A stretch of DNA of 64,000 bases from the UHGV virus genome UHGV-0113858, one strand, 5' to 3'. This document shows positions 46,794 through 55,479 of this stretch, piece by piece. This DNA comes from a virus. The notes beneath the pieces were generated by a model that worked only from the letters and a program-made list of their open reading frames with translations, was not told where the DNA came from and did no database searches. Both the position numbers and the translations under genes were made by a program. Position 1 is the stretch's first letter, and each line of letters begins with the position of its first letter.

Positions 46794-47168
46794 TTGGTGG
46801 TGGAGATAAAGATTGGTGAGCACTCGGTTAAAGTACGTGACGGTTCATATGTCACAATACCTACCATGTGGCTTTTCGATGAAAACCTCTCCCCTCAAGA
46901 TTTGCAAAGGCTCGTAAAGTTGTGGTGGAGGTATGATTACTTCAGAAACCTTAACCCAGAGGGTGGTGAAGAAGTCTTCTTTCCCTCGCAGAAGTCTTTG
47001 TGCCATCTGTTTGGGTTGAGTGAAAAATCACAACCGAAGGTTTCTGAGTTCCTCTCTAAAATGGAGAAGCTCGGCTACATTCGAAGAATACGTTCTGGAT
47101 TTAAGGATTCCTCTGGGAATGCGAAGCCAAGACATTACATCATTGTTAACAGAGGTACAAATGCTTGA
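46794..47168 (+). CDS. winged-helix DNA-binding protein (124 aa)
   Basis: KSLCHLFGLSEKSQPKVSEFLSKMEKLGYIRR wHTH-like; first gene after the promoter hub. Confidence 0.4.
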   Translation: MVVEIKIGEHSVKVRDGSYVTIPTMWLFDENLSPQDLQRLVKLWWRYDYFRNLNPEGGEEVFFPSQKSLCHLFGLSEKSQPKVSEFLSKMEKLGYIRRIRSGFKDSSGNAKPRHYIIVNRGTNA

Positions 47169-47724
47169 AATTCTAAAATCAAAAGAACTAGGGGCATCTG
47201 AAAAGGTTATCGTCATGTTCATGGGTCTGAATGGTAATGGTGTATATACCTATCAAGATTTTATGGACTCCACAGGGTTGAGTAGGGCAACTGTTGGCAG
47301 GTCTCTTTCAAAACTATATGATGATGGTTGGATCGATAAGAAAACTACCATCTCCCCGTCAGGTGCAGAAAGTATAGAGTACGTATTGCTACTGCAAAAG
47401 GCTTCTGTTGCTGAGAGACTGAACAGACCGTGCTTCGTATACGTGCAACGACTGACAGGCCCAGGCCTTACAGTAGGTAAGGTGGGAATCGCGTTTAATG
47501 TTTTTGAGAGAATGCGTCAACAAGGGAAAAGTAGTCTTTTCCGTCATGAGCTTGTTTACTCAAGGTTGTTTGAGTGCTATGCTGATGCTTCAAACGTTGA
47601 GAAACAAGTTCTACGAGAACTTCCACAATTTATTTGTGAAAAGGATTGGTTACCAGATGGTTACACCGAAACAATACATGTAGATGATATATTACGCGCT
47701 ATAAAAATTATTGAGGAGAAATGA
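47160..47724 (+). CDS. winged-helix DNA-binding protein (188 aa)
   Basis: ATG overlaps upstream stop (ATGCTTGA); TYQDFMDSTGLSRATVGRSLSKLYDDGWI wHTH-like. Confidence 0.4.
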
Positions 47725-47725
47725 A

Positions 47726-48526
47726 ATGAGTTTAGAACTTCGTCTGAACAAACTGGTAGTTCCTGTCGATCACTTTACGTTCAAAGGTGGTGAAGAACAG
47801 GTTAGAATCGATATGGCGCATACTCCGAAAGGTGGTATTGGTTTCGTTGATATCACTGCTAAAATCAAGAATTCCACCGATGTCATGGCGTTAGCTATGT
47901 TGGTGGATGCATGTTCTCGTCTGGAAGGACTGCATAACCATGCTGAGTTTACCCTGCATCTGCCATACATCCCGTATGCACGTCAGGACCGTGTGATGAA
48001 TCCGGGTGAAGCGTTATCCATCAAAGTTTTCGCAAATATCGTCAACTCTCTTGGGTTTGACAAGATCATTGTCGATGATCCGCACAGCGATGTCTCCGCC
48101 GCGTTGCTTAACAACGTTAAAATCCGTGGTCAGGACGCTCTTATTGCGGAATTCCATGAAGGTCTTGCCGGAAAAGATGTTGTTATCGTTGCCCCTGACG
48201 CCGGAGCACGTAAAAAAGCTCAGAAAGTTTCCGATCGACTTCGCCTTCCTCTGGTGGAAGCTGGAAAAGTGCGCGACCTGAAGACAAATGAAATTACCGG
48301 GACTGCTGTTTTCGGTGATGTTGAAGGACGTGAGTGTGTTATTGTCGATGATATCTGCGATGGTGGTCGCACATTCATCGCCCTGGCACAAGCATTGAAG
48401 GCAAAAGGAGCAAAACGTGTTATTCTTTACGTAACTCACGGTATCTTTTCCTTCGGTAAAGAAGTTATCTACGAAGGCGGCGTTGATGAAATCTACGCGT
48501 ACCACGACTGGACCGAAAACTTTTAA
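47726..48526 (+). CDS. prs: ribose-phosphate pyrophosphokinase (PRPP synthetase)
   Basis: PYIPYARQDR and VDDICDGGRT PRPP-binding motifs; GAGGAG RBS before ATG 47726 (ORF track starts at TTG 47711). Confidence 0.8.
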   Translation: MSLELRLNKLVVPVDHFTFKGGEEQVRIDMAHTPKGGIGFVDITAKIKNSTDVMALAMLVDACSRLEGLHNHAEFTLHLPYIPYARQDRVMNPGEALSIKVFANIVNSLGFDKIIVDDPHSDVSAALLNNVKIRGQDALIAEFHEGLAGKDVVIVAPDAGARKKAQKVSDRLRLPLVEAGKVRDLKTNEITGTAVFGDVEGRECVIVDDICDGGRTFIALAQALKAKGAKRVILYVTHGIFSFGKEVIYEGGVDEIYAYHDWTENF

Positions 48527-48587
48527 TTGACAAATAAATAAGTGGGCGTACAATCGCCCTATTAAACAAACAAAGGAGAAACAAAAC

Positions 48588-50273
48588 ATGCTTAATCAAG
48601 AAAGTCCTATCCTGTTCGCTGACTTTTACAAACCTTCACACATCTCCATGTATGATAAACGTTCTGAAATTGTTCAGGATAACATGACCCCTCGTAATGC
48701 GAAGCACTTCATCCACTTCGCTGATAACGACCAGCGTGTCATGTTTGCTGGCCTTCAGGGATTTATTAAGTGGTTCCTTATCGACATGTTCAACAATAAC
48801 TTCTTCAACCTCCCGAAAGAAGAAGCGGTTGCTGATTATCGTGAGGTTTGCGACTCCAGCATTGGCATTGGCATGGTAGAAACCTGGGGCTTTGAGGCTC
48901 TTCATGATCTCGGTTATCTTCCTCTGGAAATCCGTGCTCTTCCAGAAGGAACGCTTTCTCCGGTTCAGGTCCCAATGTTTACAATCCAGAATACGCACCC
49001 GGATTTTTACTGGTTGCCTAACTTCCTGGAAAGTGTGATCTCCGCAGAAACCTGGAAAACTATCACAACTGCAACGACGTTCTGGCAGTATCGCAAGCTG
49101 TCTGAAAAATGGGCTGCTGAGACCTGTGATAACAACGACCATGTTGCATTCCAGAACCACTGCTTCGCCTATCGCGGTGAAGCTGGTACTCACGACGCAG
49201 CACAGAGCGAATTTGGTCAACTGATCAACTCTATGGGTACAGACACTATCCCAGCGATTCTGTATGCTCGCCGTTATTACAACATGAAAGGTAAGTTCGT
49301 TGCTGGTTCTATTCCTGCATCTGAACACTCTGTTGCAACCACGAACATCGGTTTCATTGTTGGTCGTTTACAAGGTGAAAACCCGGACCTGACTCTGGAC
49401 GAAGCACGTTTCTTGGCTGAAGTTGAATTCATGAAACGCTACATTACGGAAATTTTCCCTAAAGGTTTTGTTTCCTACGTGGCAGACAGTTATGACTTCT
49501 GGGCGATTATCACCAAAGCAGCAGCGATCCTGAAACAGGACATCATGGCCCGTGATGGTCGTGTTGTTTTCCGTCCTGACTCCGGCATTCCTGAACATAT
49601 CATTGCAGGCTATCGTAGCCTCGGTGAGTTTGATGACTGGTCTGATGCACACTCAGCACTACAGGAAGATTCAAATTCAGAAGTTGCCAAGATTGAAGGT
49701 AAATACTACCGGATTCTTGTTGACGATGAAGATAATGCCTACTTCGACTTCCAACCTTCAGGTCTTGAAGAGCATGAAGTTAAGGGTGCAATTCAGTGTA
49801 TGTGGGAAATCTTTGGTGGTGAAGTTAACTCCAAGGGTTACAAAGTTCTGGACAGTCATGTAGGTCTGATCTATGGTGATTCCATCACTGTTGCTCGTGC
49901 AAAAGACATCTTTGAACGTCTGAAAGATAAAGGCTTTGCATCCAGCAATATCGTGTACGGTGTTGGTTCCTTTACCACCCAGTACACAACCCGTGATTCA
50001 CTGGGTATGGCTGTGAAAGCAACTGGCGCTGTGATTGATGGTCAGCAGATCATGGTTGTCAAAGAGCCTAAGACTGACCTCGGTAAGAAATCTGCGAAAG
50101 GTTTCCTCAAAGTTGTTCGCAACATGTTCGGTCAGTTAGAACTGATTGACAATTGTCAGCTTGAAGATGTACAGTCTGACGATAACGAACTGCGTCGTGT
50201 GTTCTACAACGGTAAACTTATTGTCGATGAAGATCTTACAACGATTCGTGAACGCGCAGCCGCTCAACTGTAA
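48588..50273 (+). CDS. nadV: nicotinamide phosphoribosyltransferase (NadV-type NAMPT)
   Basis: 561-aa NAPRTase/NAMPT-family protein; AAGGAG RBS. Confidence 0.75.
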   Translation: MLNQESPILFADFYKPSHISMYDKRSEIVQDNMTPRNAKHFIHFADNDQRVMFAGLQGFIKWFLIDMFNNNFFNLPKEEAVADYREVCDSSIGIGMVETWGFEALHDLGYLPLEIRALPEGTLSPVQVPMFTIQNTHPDFYWLPNFLESVISAETWKTITTATTFWQYRKLSEKWAAETCDNNDHVAFQNHCFAYRGEAGTHDAAQSEFGQLINSMGTDTIPAILYARRYYNMKGKFVAGSIPASEHSVATTNIGFIVGRLQGENPDLTLDEARFLAEVEFMKRYITEIFPKGFVSYVADSYDFWAIITKAAAILKQDIMARDGRVVFRPDSGIPEHIIAGYRSLGEFDDWSDAHSALQEDSNSEVAKIEGKYYRILVDDEDNAYFDFQPSGLEEHEVKGAIQCMWEIFGGEVNSKGYKVLDSHVGLIYGDSITVARAKDIFERLKDKGFASSNIVYGVGSFTTQYTTRDSLGMAVKATGAVIDGQQIMVVKEPKTDLGKKSAKGFLKVVRNMFGQLELIDNCQLEDVQSDDNELRRVFYNGKLIVDEDLTTIRERAAAQL

Positions 50274-50312
50274 TCAATAAGCCCCTTCTGGGGCTTTTCT
50301 GATAGGTACACT

Positions 50313-50624
50313 ATGGAAAATCCATGCAAGTGGCATGAAGTCCCGGTACATGATTGCCTGACATGTAATAATACACCGACAAACCCGTATTATATTAAGG
50401 AGCCTAAAATGTTTGGACCCGTAATGATGGAATGTAAAGTCTGTAAACAGGAGTTTGAAGCCGATCTTGAGGCTCATGGACCAGGTGTTTGCATCATTTC
50501 CTTTGGTTGTGGACATACAATGCACGCAACAAAGACCGAAACCCGCTGGGTAAATACGAAAACGGGAAATGTAGATCTCGTTGAAACCGCAAAACAGATT
50601 AAGGGGTCTGATTTCAGTGCGTAA
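50313..50624 (+). CDS. small Cys-rich protein (103 aa)
   Basis: CxxC ... CxxC pairs. Confidence 0.4.
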   Translation: MENPCKWHEVPVHDCLTCNNTPTNPYYIKEPKMFGPVMMECKVCKQEFEADLEAHGPGVCIISFGCGHTMHATKTETRWVNTKTGNVDLVETAKQIKGSDFSA

Positions 50625-50829
50625 TTTAGTCGCTAAACACGATTTCAATAGGGCATCTGTTCATGAAGATCAGAAGAAGTCTTGGGTTCCTGAGATTGAA
50701 GATGGTCTTGATGAATATTACGATGATGACTGTGAATGGGAAACTGATGATGAGTTCATAGAACGTATCAGAGCACTTTCTATAGCAGAATACCGGCGTG
50801 GTGTCAACGACTCAGGTATCATGGATTGA
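50616..50829 (+). CDS. small acidic protein (71 aa, GTG start)
   Basis: AAGGGG RBS; overlaps upstream stop. Confidence 0.3.
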
Positions 50830-50903
50830 CAAAAAAGGTGTCCGCTGGTAAGATTAAGTTATCAAAATAACTTGACTCTTAACAACTTACACGGTAGGAC
50901 ACT

Positions 50904-51149
50904 ATGTTTAAACTAAAACTCGTTTACAAAACTGACAACGGAGAGTATATTGAACACGAATCGAATCATAGGGAACTGGATGAAGCCACTGATGAAGCGG
51001 ATGAGATCGCTTTTTCTACAACTGGTTTTGGAATTGAAGCCTGGAAATACGTTGCCTCCTTCGGTGAAGAAGGTGGATTATACTATTTCTACCCCAATGA
51101 TGAAGATCTCACAATCAAATACGCTCTCCGAATCTTCCGAACAATTTAA
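50904..51149 (+). CDS. hypothetical protein (81 aa)
   Basis: ORF. Confidence 0.35.
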   Translation: MFKLKLVYKTDNGEYIEHESNHRELDEATDEADEIAFSTTGFGIEAWKYVASFGEEGGLYYFYPNDEDLTIKYALRIFRTI

Positions 51150-51212
51150 GAATCGAAAACAACGTCGTGCTGAAGCGGCGATCATTCGTTCAAAACGAAA
51201 AGGAGCAAAACG

Positions 51213-51332
51213 ATGAAAGATGAATTTGACGGCTTTATTGGTTACGGCGAAGGGATTCGTCAGTCTGAAGACGTAGATGTTTTCGTTGGTTTCGGAGAGG
51301 GGATTTCTTCTGACGAGCACCCAGACTTCTGA
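51213..51332 (+). CDS. micro-ORF (39 aa)
   Basis: AGGAG RBS. Confidence 0.25.
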   Translation: MKDEFDGFIGYGEGIRQSEDVDVFVGFGEGISSDEHPDF

Positions 51333-51342
51333 GAGGCATTAT

Positions 51343-51465
51343 ATGGAAACTTTAGAAAGAATGCATAGCCTCAGTCTTAGACTGAATGACATCATTGTTG
51401 AAATGAAGGCTAGGGCAAGACAATTGTTCCCAGAGGTATACACTGATGAACGACCTGACCTCTAA
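51343..51465 (+). CDS. micro-ORF (40 aa)
   Basis: GAGAGG RBS. Confidence 0.3.
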   Translation: METLERMHSLSLRLNDIIVEMKARARQLFPEVYTDERPDL

Positions 51466-51640
51466 TCACTGCATCGCATTCTCTGAAAGAGACTGGCCTA
51501 GTGAAAGTCTGCGGGGTATGTATTATCATTCAGCCTGTACTAACTGCGGGAAGGAGTACATAGGTCCTAAAAGAGAAATTTTCTGTTTTATTTGCAGTAA
51601 TAGTAAAAAAGACGTTGACAATGAAACAGGTGATCTATAA
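51446..51640 (+). CDS. small zinc-ribbon protein (64 aa)
   Basis: CTNCG ... CFIC. Confidence 0.35.
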   Translation: MNDLTSNHCIAFSERDWPSESLRGMYYHSACTNCGKEYIGPKREIFCFICSNSKKDVDNETGDL

Positions 51641-51656
51641 TATCTACCACATCAAG

Positions 51657-51729
51657 CGTTCAGTAGCTCAGTTGGTAGAGCAGGTTCTTCATACGGACAA
51701 GGTCAGTGGTTCAATTCCACTCTGAACGA
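51657..51729 (+). tRNA. tRNA with CAT anticodon (Met or lysidine-Ile); G27-A43 mismatch
   Basis: hand-folded cloverleaf: acceptor CGTTCAG/CTGAACG, D GCTC/GAGC, loop TTCATAC, T AGTGG-TTCAATT-CCACT. Confidence 0.55.
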
Positions 51730-51732
51730 TAA

Positions 51733-51810
51733 GGCCCTCAAGCTCATTAGGTATGAGCAATCGACTCATAATCGAGAGGTAGGCAGGTTCGAATCCTCCG
51801 GGGGCCACCA
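51733..51810 (+). tRNA. tRNA with CAT anticodon (second copy), encoded CCA
   Basis: acceptor GGCCCTC/GGGGGCC, anticodon loop CTCATAA, T loop TTCGAAT. Confidence 0.6.
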
Positions 51811-51820
51811 ATTAAAAATG

Positions 51821-51849
51821 TTGACGAGGATATCTGATTGAGTTAGTAT
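51821..51849 (+). promoter_or_regulatory. sigma70-like promoter TTGACG-17-TAGTAT overlapped by inverted repeat GAGGATA/TATCCTC
   Basis: upstream of a basic-protein gene with strong RBS. Confidence 0.5.
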
Positions 51850-51902
51850 CCTCATGAACATAAACGGGACAAATTCCCAAATAAAATGCAAAGGAGAAAA
51901 TT

Positions 51903-52214
51903 ATGACTAAGAAAAATACTGCTAAGAAAGTATCCGCCATCGATGCTATCAAACAGCCTTTCCAGTTTGAGTCGAAGTCTACTCAGACTCATTCTGCGCC
52001 GCACGATGTGCGTCTCGGTGGTGTAGAGAAAACCGTATCAGTTTTCGATCGCCGTAAAGGCGAGTATAAATCCGAAACCCGGATTGAAGGTGGTCAGATT
52101 ATCTCTGCTTCTTACCGCATCCGCACAGGCAAGACCAAGCGTGAACGTGCTGGTAAGGTAAAGGAAACTAAGGTTGTTGAAACCGTAGCCCCGAAGAGTA
52201 AAAAGAAAAAATAA
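51903..52214 (+). CDS. small lysine-rich basic protein (103 aa), possibly nucleic-acid binding
   Basis: AAAGGAGA RBS; K/R-rich termini. Confidence 0.45.
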   Translation: MTKKNTAKKVSAIDAIKQPFQFESKSTQTHSAPHDVRLGGVEKTVSVFDRRKGEYKSETRIEGGQIISASYRIRTGKTKRERAGKVKETKVVETVAPKSKKKK

Positions 52215-52275
52215 TTTCTCCGGCATGGAGAATGACGATTCCGTGAAACGTCTTTAAAAACACGGGTATGTTTTC

Positions 52276-52351
52276 GGGGTATTAACACAGCGGTTAGTGT
52301 AGCGGCCTCTTAAGCCGAAGGTCGAAGGTTCGAATCCTTCATGCCCCACCA
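52276..52351 (+). tRNA. tRNA-Lys (CTT), encoded CCA
   Basis: acceptor GGGGTAT/ATGCCCC, anticodon loop CTCTTAA, T GAAGG-TTCGAAT-CCTTC. Confidence 0.65.
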
Positions 52352-52479
52352 AGTTTGAAATGAGGGAGATACGGGTTCGACTCCCGTTCTTGCTGGCCCG
52401 GCTCGCGTAGTGGCACAGGGCGATAGCTTAAATGGACGAAAGTGCTCTCGTTTCAAATCTAAACCAAAAGGAGAACGAA

Positions 52480-52668
52480 ATGTTCGGATCCCTGTTACGT
52501 ATGGCTGGCGATATTGTTGGTACTGCTGTTGTTGTCACGGCAACTGTTGCAGAACCTTTTGTAGATGTAGCCGCAGAAGTTCTTGACGCCGCTGATGAGA
52601 TTATCGTATCACCTACCGCAGACGTCGTTGGTGAAGTTTGTGACTCCATTAAGGACGTTGTACGATGA
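52480..52668 (+). CDS. hypothetical protein (62 aa)
   Basis: AAAGGAGA RBS before internal ATG of ORF 52432. Confidence 0.35.
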   Translation: MFGSLLRMAGDIVGTAVVVTATVAEPFVDVAAEVLDAADEIIVSPTADVVGEVCDSIKDVVR

Positions 52669-52802
52669 GTGGCGGTGTTATCTTTATCATCATGTCAGTG
52701 ATCTCTTTCCTGCTTGTTCTTTGGTATTATTGGTCATGGTTTGAAAACAACCCTACCACCGAAGAAATAATCAAAGATTCGCTTGACAAACACAATCTGT
52801 AA
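52665..52802 (+). CDS. small membrane peptide (45 aa)
   Basis: ATGA overlap, single TM helix. Confidence 0.3.
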   Translation: MSGGVIFIIMSVISFLLVLWYYWSWFENNPTTEEIIKDSLDKHNL

Positions 52803-52842
52803 GTGTAGTATTTAAACCTAATTTAACGCAAAGGAGAACTTA

Positions 52843-53454
52843 ATGACTGATTCTAAAACTGTAATTTCCGTAACTGAACGTGCCACTAAAGCAGTAACCA
52901 CTGCCGCTACTGGTCTGACTAAAGTAGTCGCTGAACTGCAATCTCTGGCAGAAGGGTCTGAAAAGATCAGTCAGGAAATTCAGTTTAAGCAGCAGGAACT
53001 GGGACAAATTGAAGTTCAGTTCAACGAAAAACTGGCAGAAGAAAAATCCAAGCTGAAGATTAAAGTTCTGGAAAACGAAGATTCCGTTCTGAACTCTATC
53101 CTGAAAGCTCGCGGCCTTGTAGCTGTAGAACCGGGTGTTGTTGAAGACCTTCGTGCAGAGCTGGCGATCTCTCAGCAGAACAATGCTGAAGCTGTAGAAA
53201 GCGCAGTTGCCGACGTTAAACGTAGCGCTGCAATCGAACTGAATGCGGTTAAGGCAAATCTGGAATCTGCTCACAAGGTTGCAATTGCAGAACTTACTGC
53301 GAATAGCAAGGCTAAGGATGACCGTATTGCAATGCTGACAGAACAGCTTGAAGCAGCGCGTGGTGATCTGAAGGCTGAACGCGAAACCCGTCTGGAAATC
53401 GCAAAAGCTGATGCTAACCGCCAGGGCGTTGTTGTCAACACTGGCAAAAACTAA
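52843..53454 (+). CDS. coiled-coil protein (203 aa), probably abundant
   Basis: AAAGGAGA RBS; Ala/Glu/Lys heptad-rich. Confidence 0.45.
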   Translation: MTDSKTVISVTERATKAVTTAATGLTKVVAELQSLAEGSEKISQEIQFKQQELGQIEVQFNEKLAEEKSKLKIKVLENEDSVLNSILKARGLVAVEPGVVEDLRAELAISQQNNAEAVESAVADVKRSAAIELNAVKANLESAHKVAIAELTANSKAKDDRIAMLTEQLEAARGDLKAERETRLEIAKADANRQGVVVNTGKN

Positions 53455-53462
53455 TGCGTAGT

Positions 53463-53490
53463 GCCGACACGGATGTCGGCAAATATTTGA
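53463..53490 (+). terminator. possible terminator/attenuator hairpin GCCGACA-CGGA-TGTCGGC
   Basis: 7-bp stem then AAATATTT. Confidence 0.35.
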
Positions 53491-53528
53491 AGTAACTCAA
53501 ATTTTAAATTTCATGAGAGGAGAATTCT

Positions 53529-54176
53529 ATGTCTACTAAGATGTCTGTAACCCGCGCTCTGGCTACCCTGACCAAGGTTGAGGAAAAGATTCAGAAGCGT
53601 ATCGAAGCGCTGAACACGATTCACATCGCGAAAGGCACTGACGCAAACCGTCAGATCCCAGGCTCTATCCAGAGCGTTGAGGACTTCGAGAAATCTGCTC
53701 AGGCAGACTTCCAGGGTGTTCAGGATCTTCTGGCTGTTCGCGACGACCTGAAGGCGAAAGTTGTTCAGTCAAACGCTGTAACAAAAGTTGAGATCGCTGG
53801 CGAGTCTATGACCGTAGCTCAGGCGATTGAACGTAAACGCACCATCGTTTTCAAAGAGCTTCTGCTTGGAAAACTGAAGTCTCAGTATAATCATGCTCAG
53901 GTTCGCCTGAACCGTGATACACAGGAATTCGAAGCGAAGCTTGAAGCTGCTCGTGCTCCATATGTCCAACGTGATAAAGCGCCAGACGCTGCACAGTTGG
54001 CTGTAGTAGAAGCGCCAGTTCGTAGCATGGGAACTCCTTCCATTGTCGACCCACTGGGTCTGGCAGATCGCATTCGTTCTCTGGAAGCAGAGATTGAAGA
54101 CTTCAAGTCTAACGTTGACTTTGTTCTTTCCGAGTCAAATGCACGGACTGAAGTAGAGATTGAAGGATCAATCTAA
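53529..54176 (+). CDS. coiled-coil protein (215 aa), probably abundant
   Basis: GAGAGGAGA RBS; heptad-rich. Confidence 0.45.
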   Translation: MSTKMSVTRALATLTKVEEKIQKRIEALNTIHIAKGTDANRQIPGSIQSVEDFEKSAQADFQGVQDLLAVRDDLKAKVVQSNAVTKVEIAGESMTVAQAIERKRTIVFKELLLGKLKSQYNHAQVRLNRDTQEFEAKLEAARAPYVQRDKAPDAAQLAVVEAPVRSMGTPSIVDPLGLADRIRSLEAEIEDFKSNVDFVLSESNARTEVEIEGSI

Positions 54177-54454
54177 AATATTTGCAGGAATTCTTGATTA
54201 ACATCTTGTAATTCCTGTGAATAGCTGGTAAAGTTTTTAAATGCTGTTTTTGGTTAGCGAAGTCAGAAACATCTTGCCTCTACCGGGGCCGGAGGTTAAA
54301 CTGCTCCGAACATAATCATATAGGATGATACTTAAACGTATGTTTCCGTCAGTCCGCACAATGATGCGGTTTGATCGAAATTGTCGAATCGCGAATTCGA
54401 AAGACTTCAACATTCAGCATTCAAAGATTATCGTTCAAAGCTTAATGTTTAAAC

Positions 54455-54483
54455 TTGAAACTTCTAAACCATAAAGCTAAAAT
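54455..54483 (+). promoter_or_regulatory. sigma70-like promoter TTGAAA-17-TAAAAT
   Basis: upstream of the tRNA run starting at 54578. Confidence 0.4.
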
Positions 54484-54577
54484 TTCTTTGATTACTTAAA
54501 TCCTGGGTATAGGATCTTAGCTCCCAAGATATGGCTAACTGACTCCTCCAGGCTGTTAATCGGAAACAGCATTTCTT

Positions 54578-54653
54578 GCTCGTATAGCTCAGTTGGTAGA
54601 GCAACTCCCTTGTAAGGAGAAGGTCGTGGGTTCAAGTCCTACTGCGAGCACCA
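54578..54653 (+). tRNA. tRNA-Thr (TGT), encoded CCA
   Basis: acceptor GCTCGTA/TGCGAGC, anticodon loop CTTGTAA, T GTGGG-TTCAAGT-CCTAC. Confidence 0.7.
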
Positions 54654-54659
54654 AACAAT

Positions 54660-54734
54660 TTCTCGATAGCTTACTTTGGTTAGAGCGGTCCCACGATAGG
54701 GACGGTACAGGTTCGATTCCTGTTCGAGAAGCCA
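54660..54734 (+). tRNA. tRNA of uncertain identity with atypical anticodon arm (perfect GTCCC/GGGAC stem around a 6-nt loop ACGATA, or a 7-nt loop with mispairs)
   Basis: good acceptor TTCTCGA/TCGAGAA, D and T arms, encoded CCA. Confidence 0.4.
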
Positions 54735-54736
54735 AT

Positions 54737-54845
54737 GCAGGGTAGGCGGTTTGTCAACCGCGAGGTCCATCCAGACCTGAAAAATATGCCAGAACTAACA
54801 GTACGGCTAAATACATAGGTGGTTAGATTCCACCACCCTGCTCCA
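54737..54845 (+). tRNA. 109-nt tRNA-like RNA: canonical acceptor, D and T arms plus CCA, but ~40 extra nt between anticodon region and T arm
   Basis: acceptor GCAGGGT/ACCCTGC, D GCGG/CCGC, T GGTGG-TTAGATT-CCACC. Confidence 0.35.
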
Positions 54846-55027
54846 AATCTATTCTGCGAGGTTCTGAAACACTTAAAATCTCCTGCATCTAGTGGGGTGT
54901 GATCTCTGTGTCGGCTTTGATATCAAGTTGATGAAAGGGATGGCGTAGGCTCTTCTTCGCAAGTAGAGGCGCTTCGGAGAGGCAACGGCGGTTGTCAGGA
55001 CATCGGGACTTCACAAAATAGATTTCT

Positions 55028-55113
55028 GCGGGATTGGTGGTATTGGCAGTACACACGAGGCTTAAGACTTCGTAGGCCTCTGGGCCTTGAGGGTTCGAAT
55101 CCCTCATCCCGCA
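55028..55113 (+). tRNA. tRNA-Leu (TAA), long variable arm
   Basis: acceptor GCGGGAT/ATCCCGC, loop CTTAAGA, variable GGCC-TCTG-GGCC, T GAGGG-TTCGAAT-CCCTC. Confidence 0.65.
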
Positions 55114-55122
55114 TCAGTTTAA

Positions 55123-55204
55123 GAGGGCGTATCTCAACGGGCTTCTAACCCGTCGTTAATCGAGTAATTGGAGTATGCGGGTTCGAATCCTGCCGCCTTC
55201 GCCA
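55123..55204 (+). tRNA. aberrant tRNA-like gene with Arg (TCT) anticodon arm; no normal D arm and 23 nt before T arm
   Basis: acceptor GAGGGCG/CGCCTTC (G-U), perfect ACGGG-CTTCTAA-CCCGT, T GCGGG-TTCGAAT-CCTGC, CCA. Confidence 0.35.
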
Positions 55205-55320
55205 AATTCACAGGACAGCCGGGACGGGTTTACTCCGAGCTGTGGAAGCGTCGAAAGACTATAGGACACGTCTTGACCCGAATGTGTGGGAGCGAATTGA
55301 AATAATCGGGTCCCCCAAAA

Positions 55321-55394
55321 GCACGGTTGCTGGAGTGGCAACAGCTTCGGCTGCAAACCGAATGTCAGGTGTTCGATTCACCTACCGTGCTCCA
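55321..55394 (+). tRNA. tRNA-Cys (GCA), encoded CCA
   Basis: acceptor GCACGGT/ACCGTGC, TTCGG-CTGCAAA-CCGAA, T AGGTG-TTCGATT-CACCT. Confidence 0.65.
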
Positions 55395-55433
55395 AGTTGT
55401 TGAATATTTTTATAAAAAATGATAAAATGGCCC

Positions 55434-55462
55434 TTGACAGATAAATTTAAATCTGATAACAT
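55434..55462 (+). promoter_or_regulatory. sigma70-like promoter TTGACA-17-TAACAT
   Basis: upstream of ORF 55480. Confidence 0.4.
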
Positions 55463-55479
55463 TAATAAGTGGGGTTATT

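Noticed and set aside
48014-49328. Two minus-strand ORFs of 191 and 230 aa
   Set aside because: Antisense to prs and nadV, which carry diagnostic motifs; no translation signals
52369-52395. Isolated T-arm-like sequence ACGGG-TTCGACT-CCCGT directly after tRNA-Lys(CTT)
   Set aside because: No partner acceptor, D or anticodon arms could be folded; probably a remnant of a decayed tRNA duplicate, not a gene
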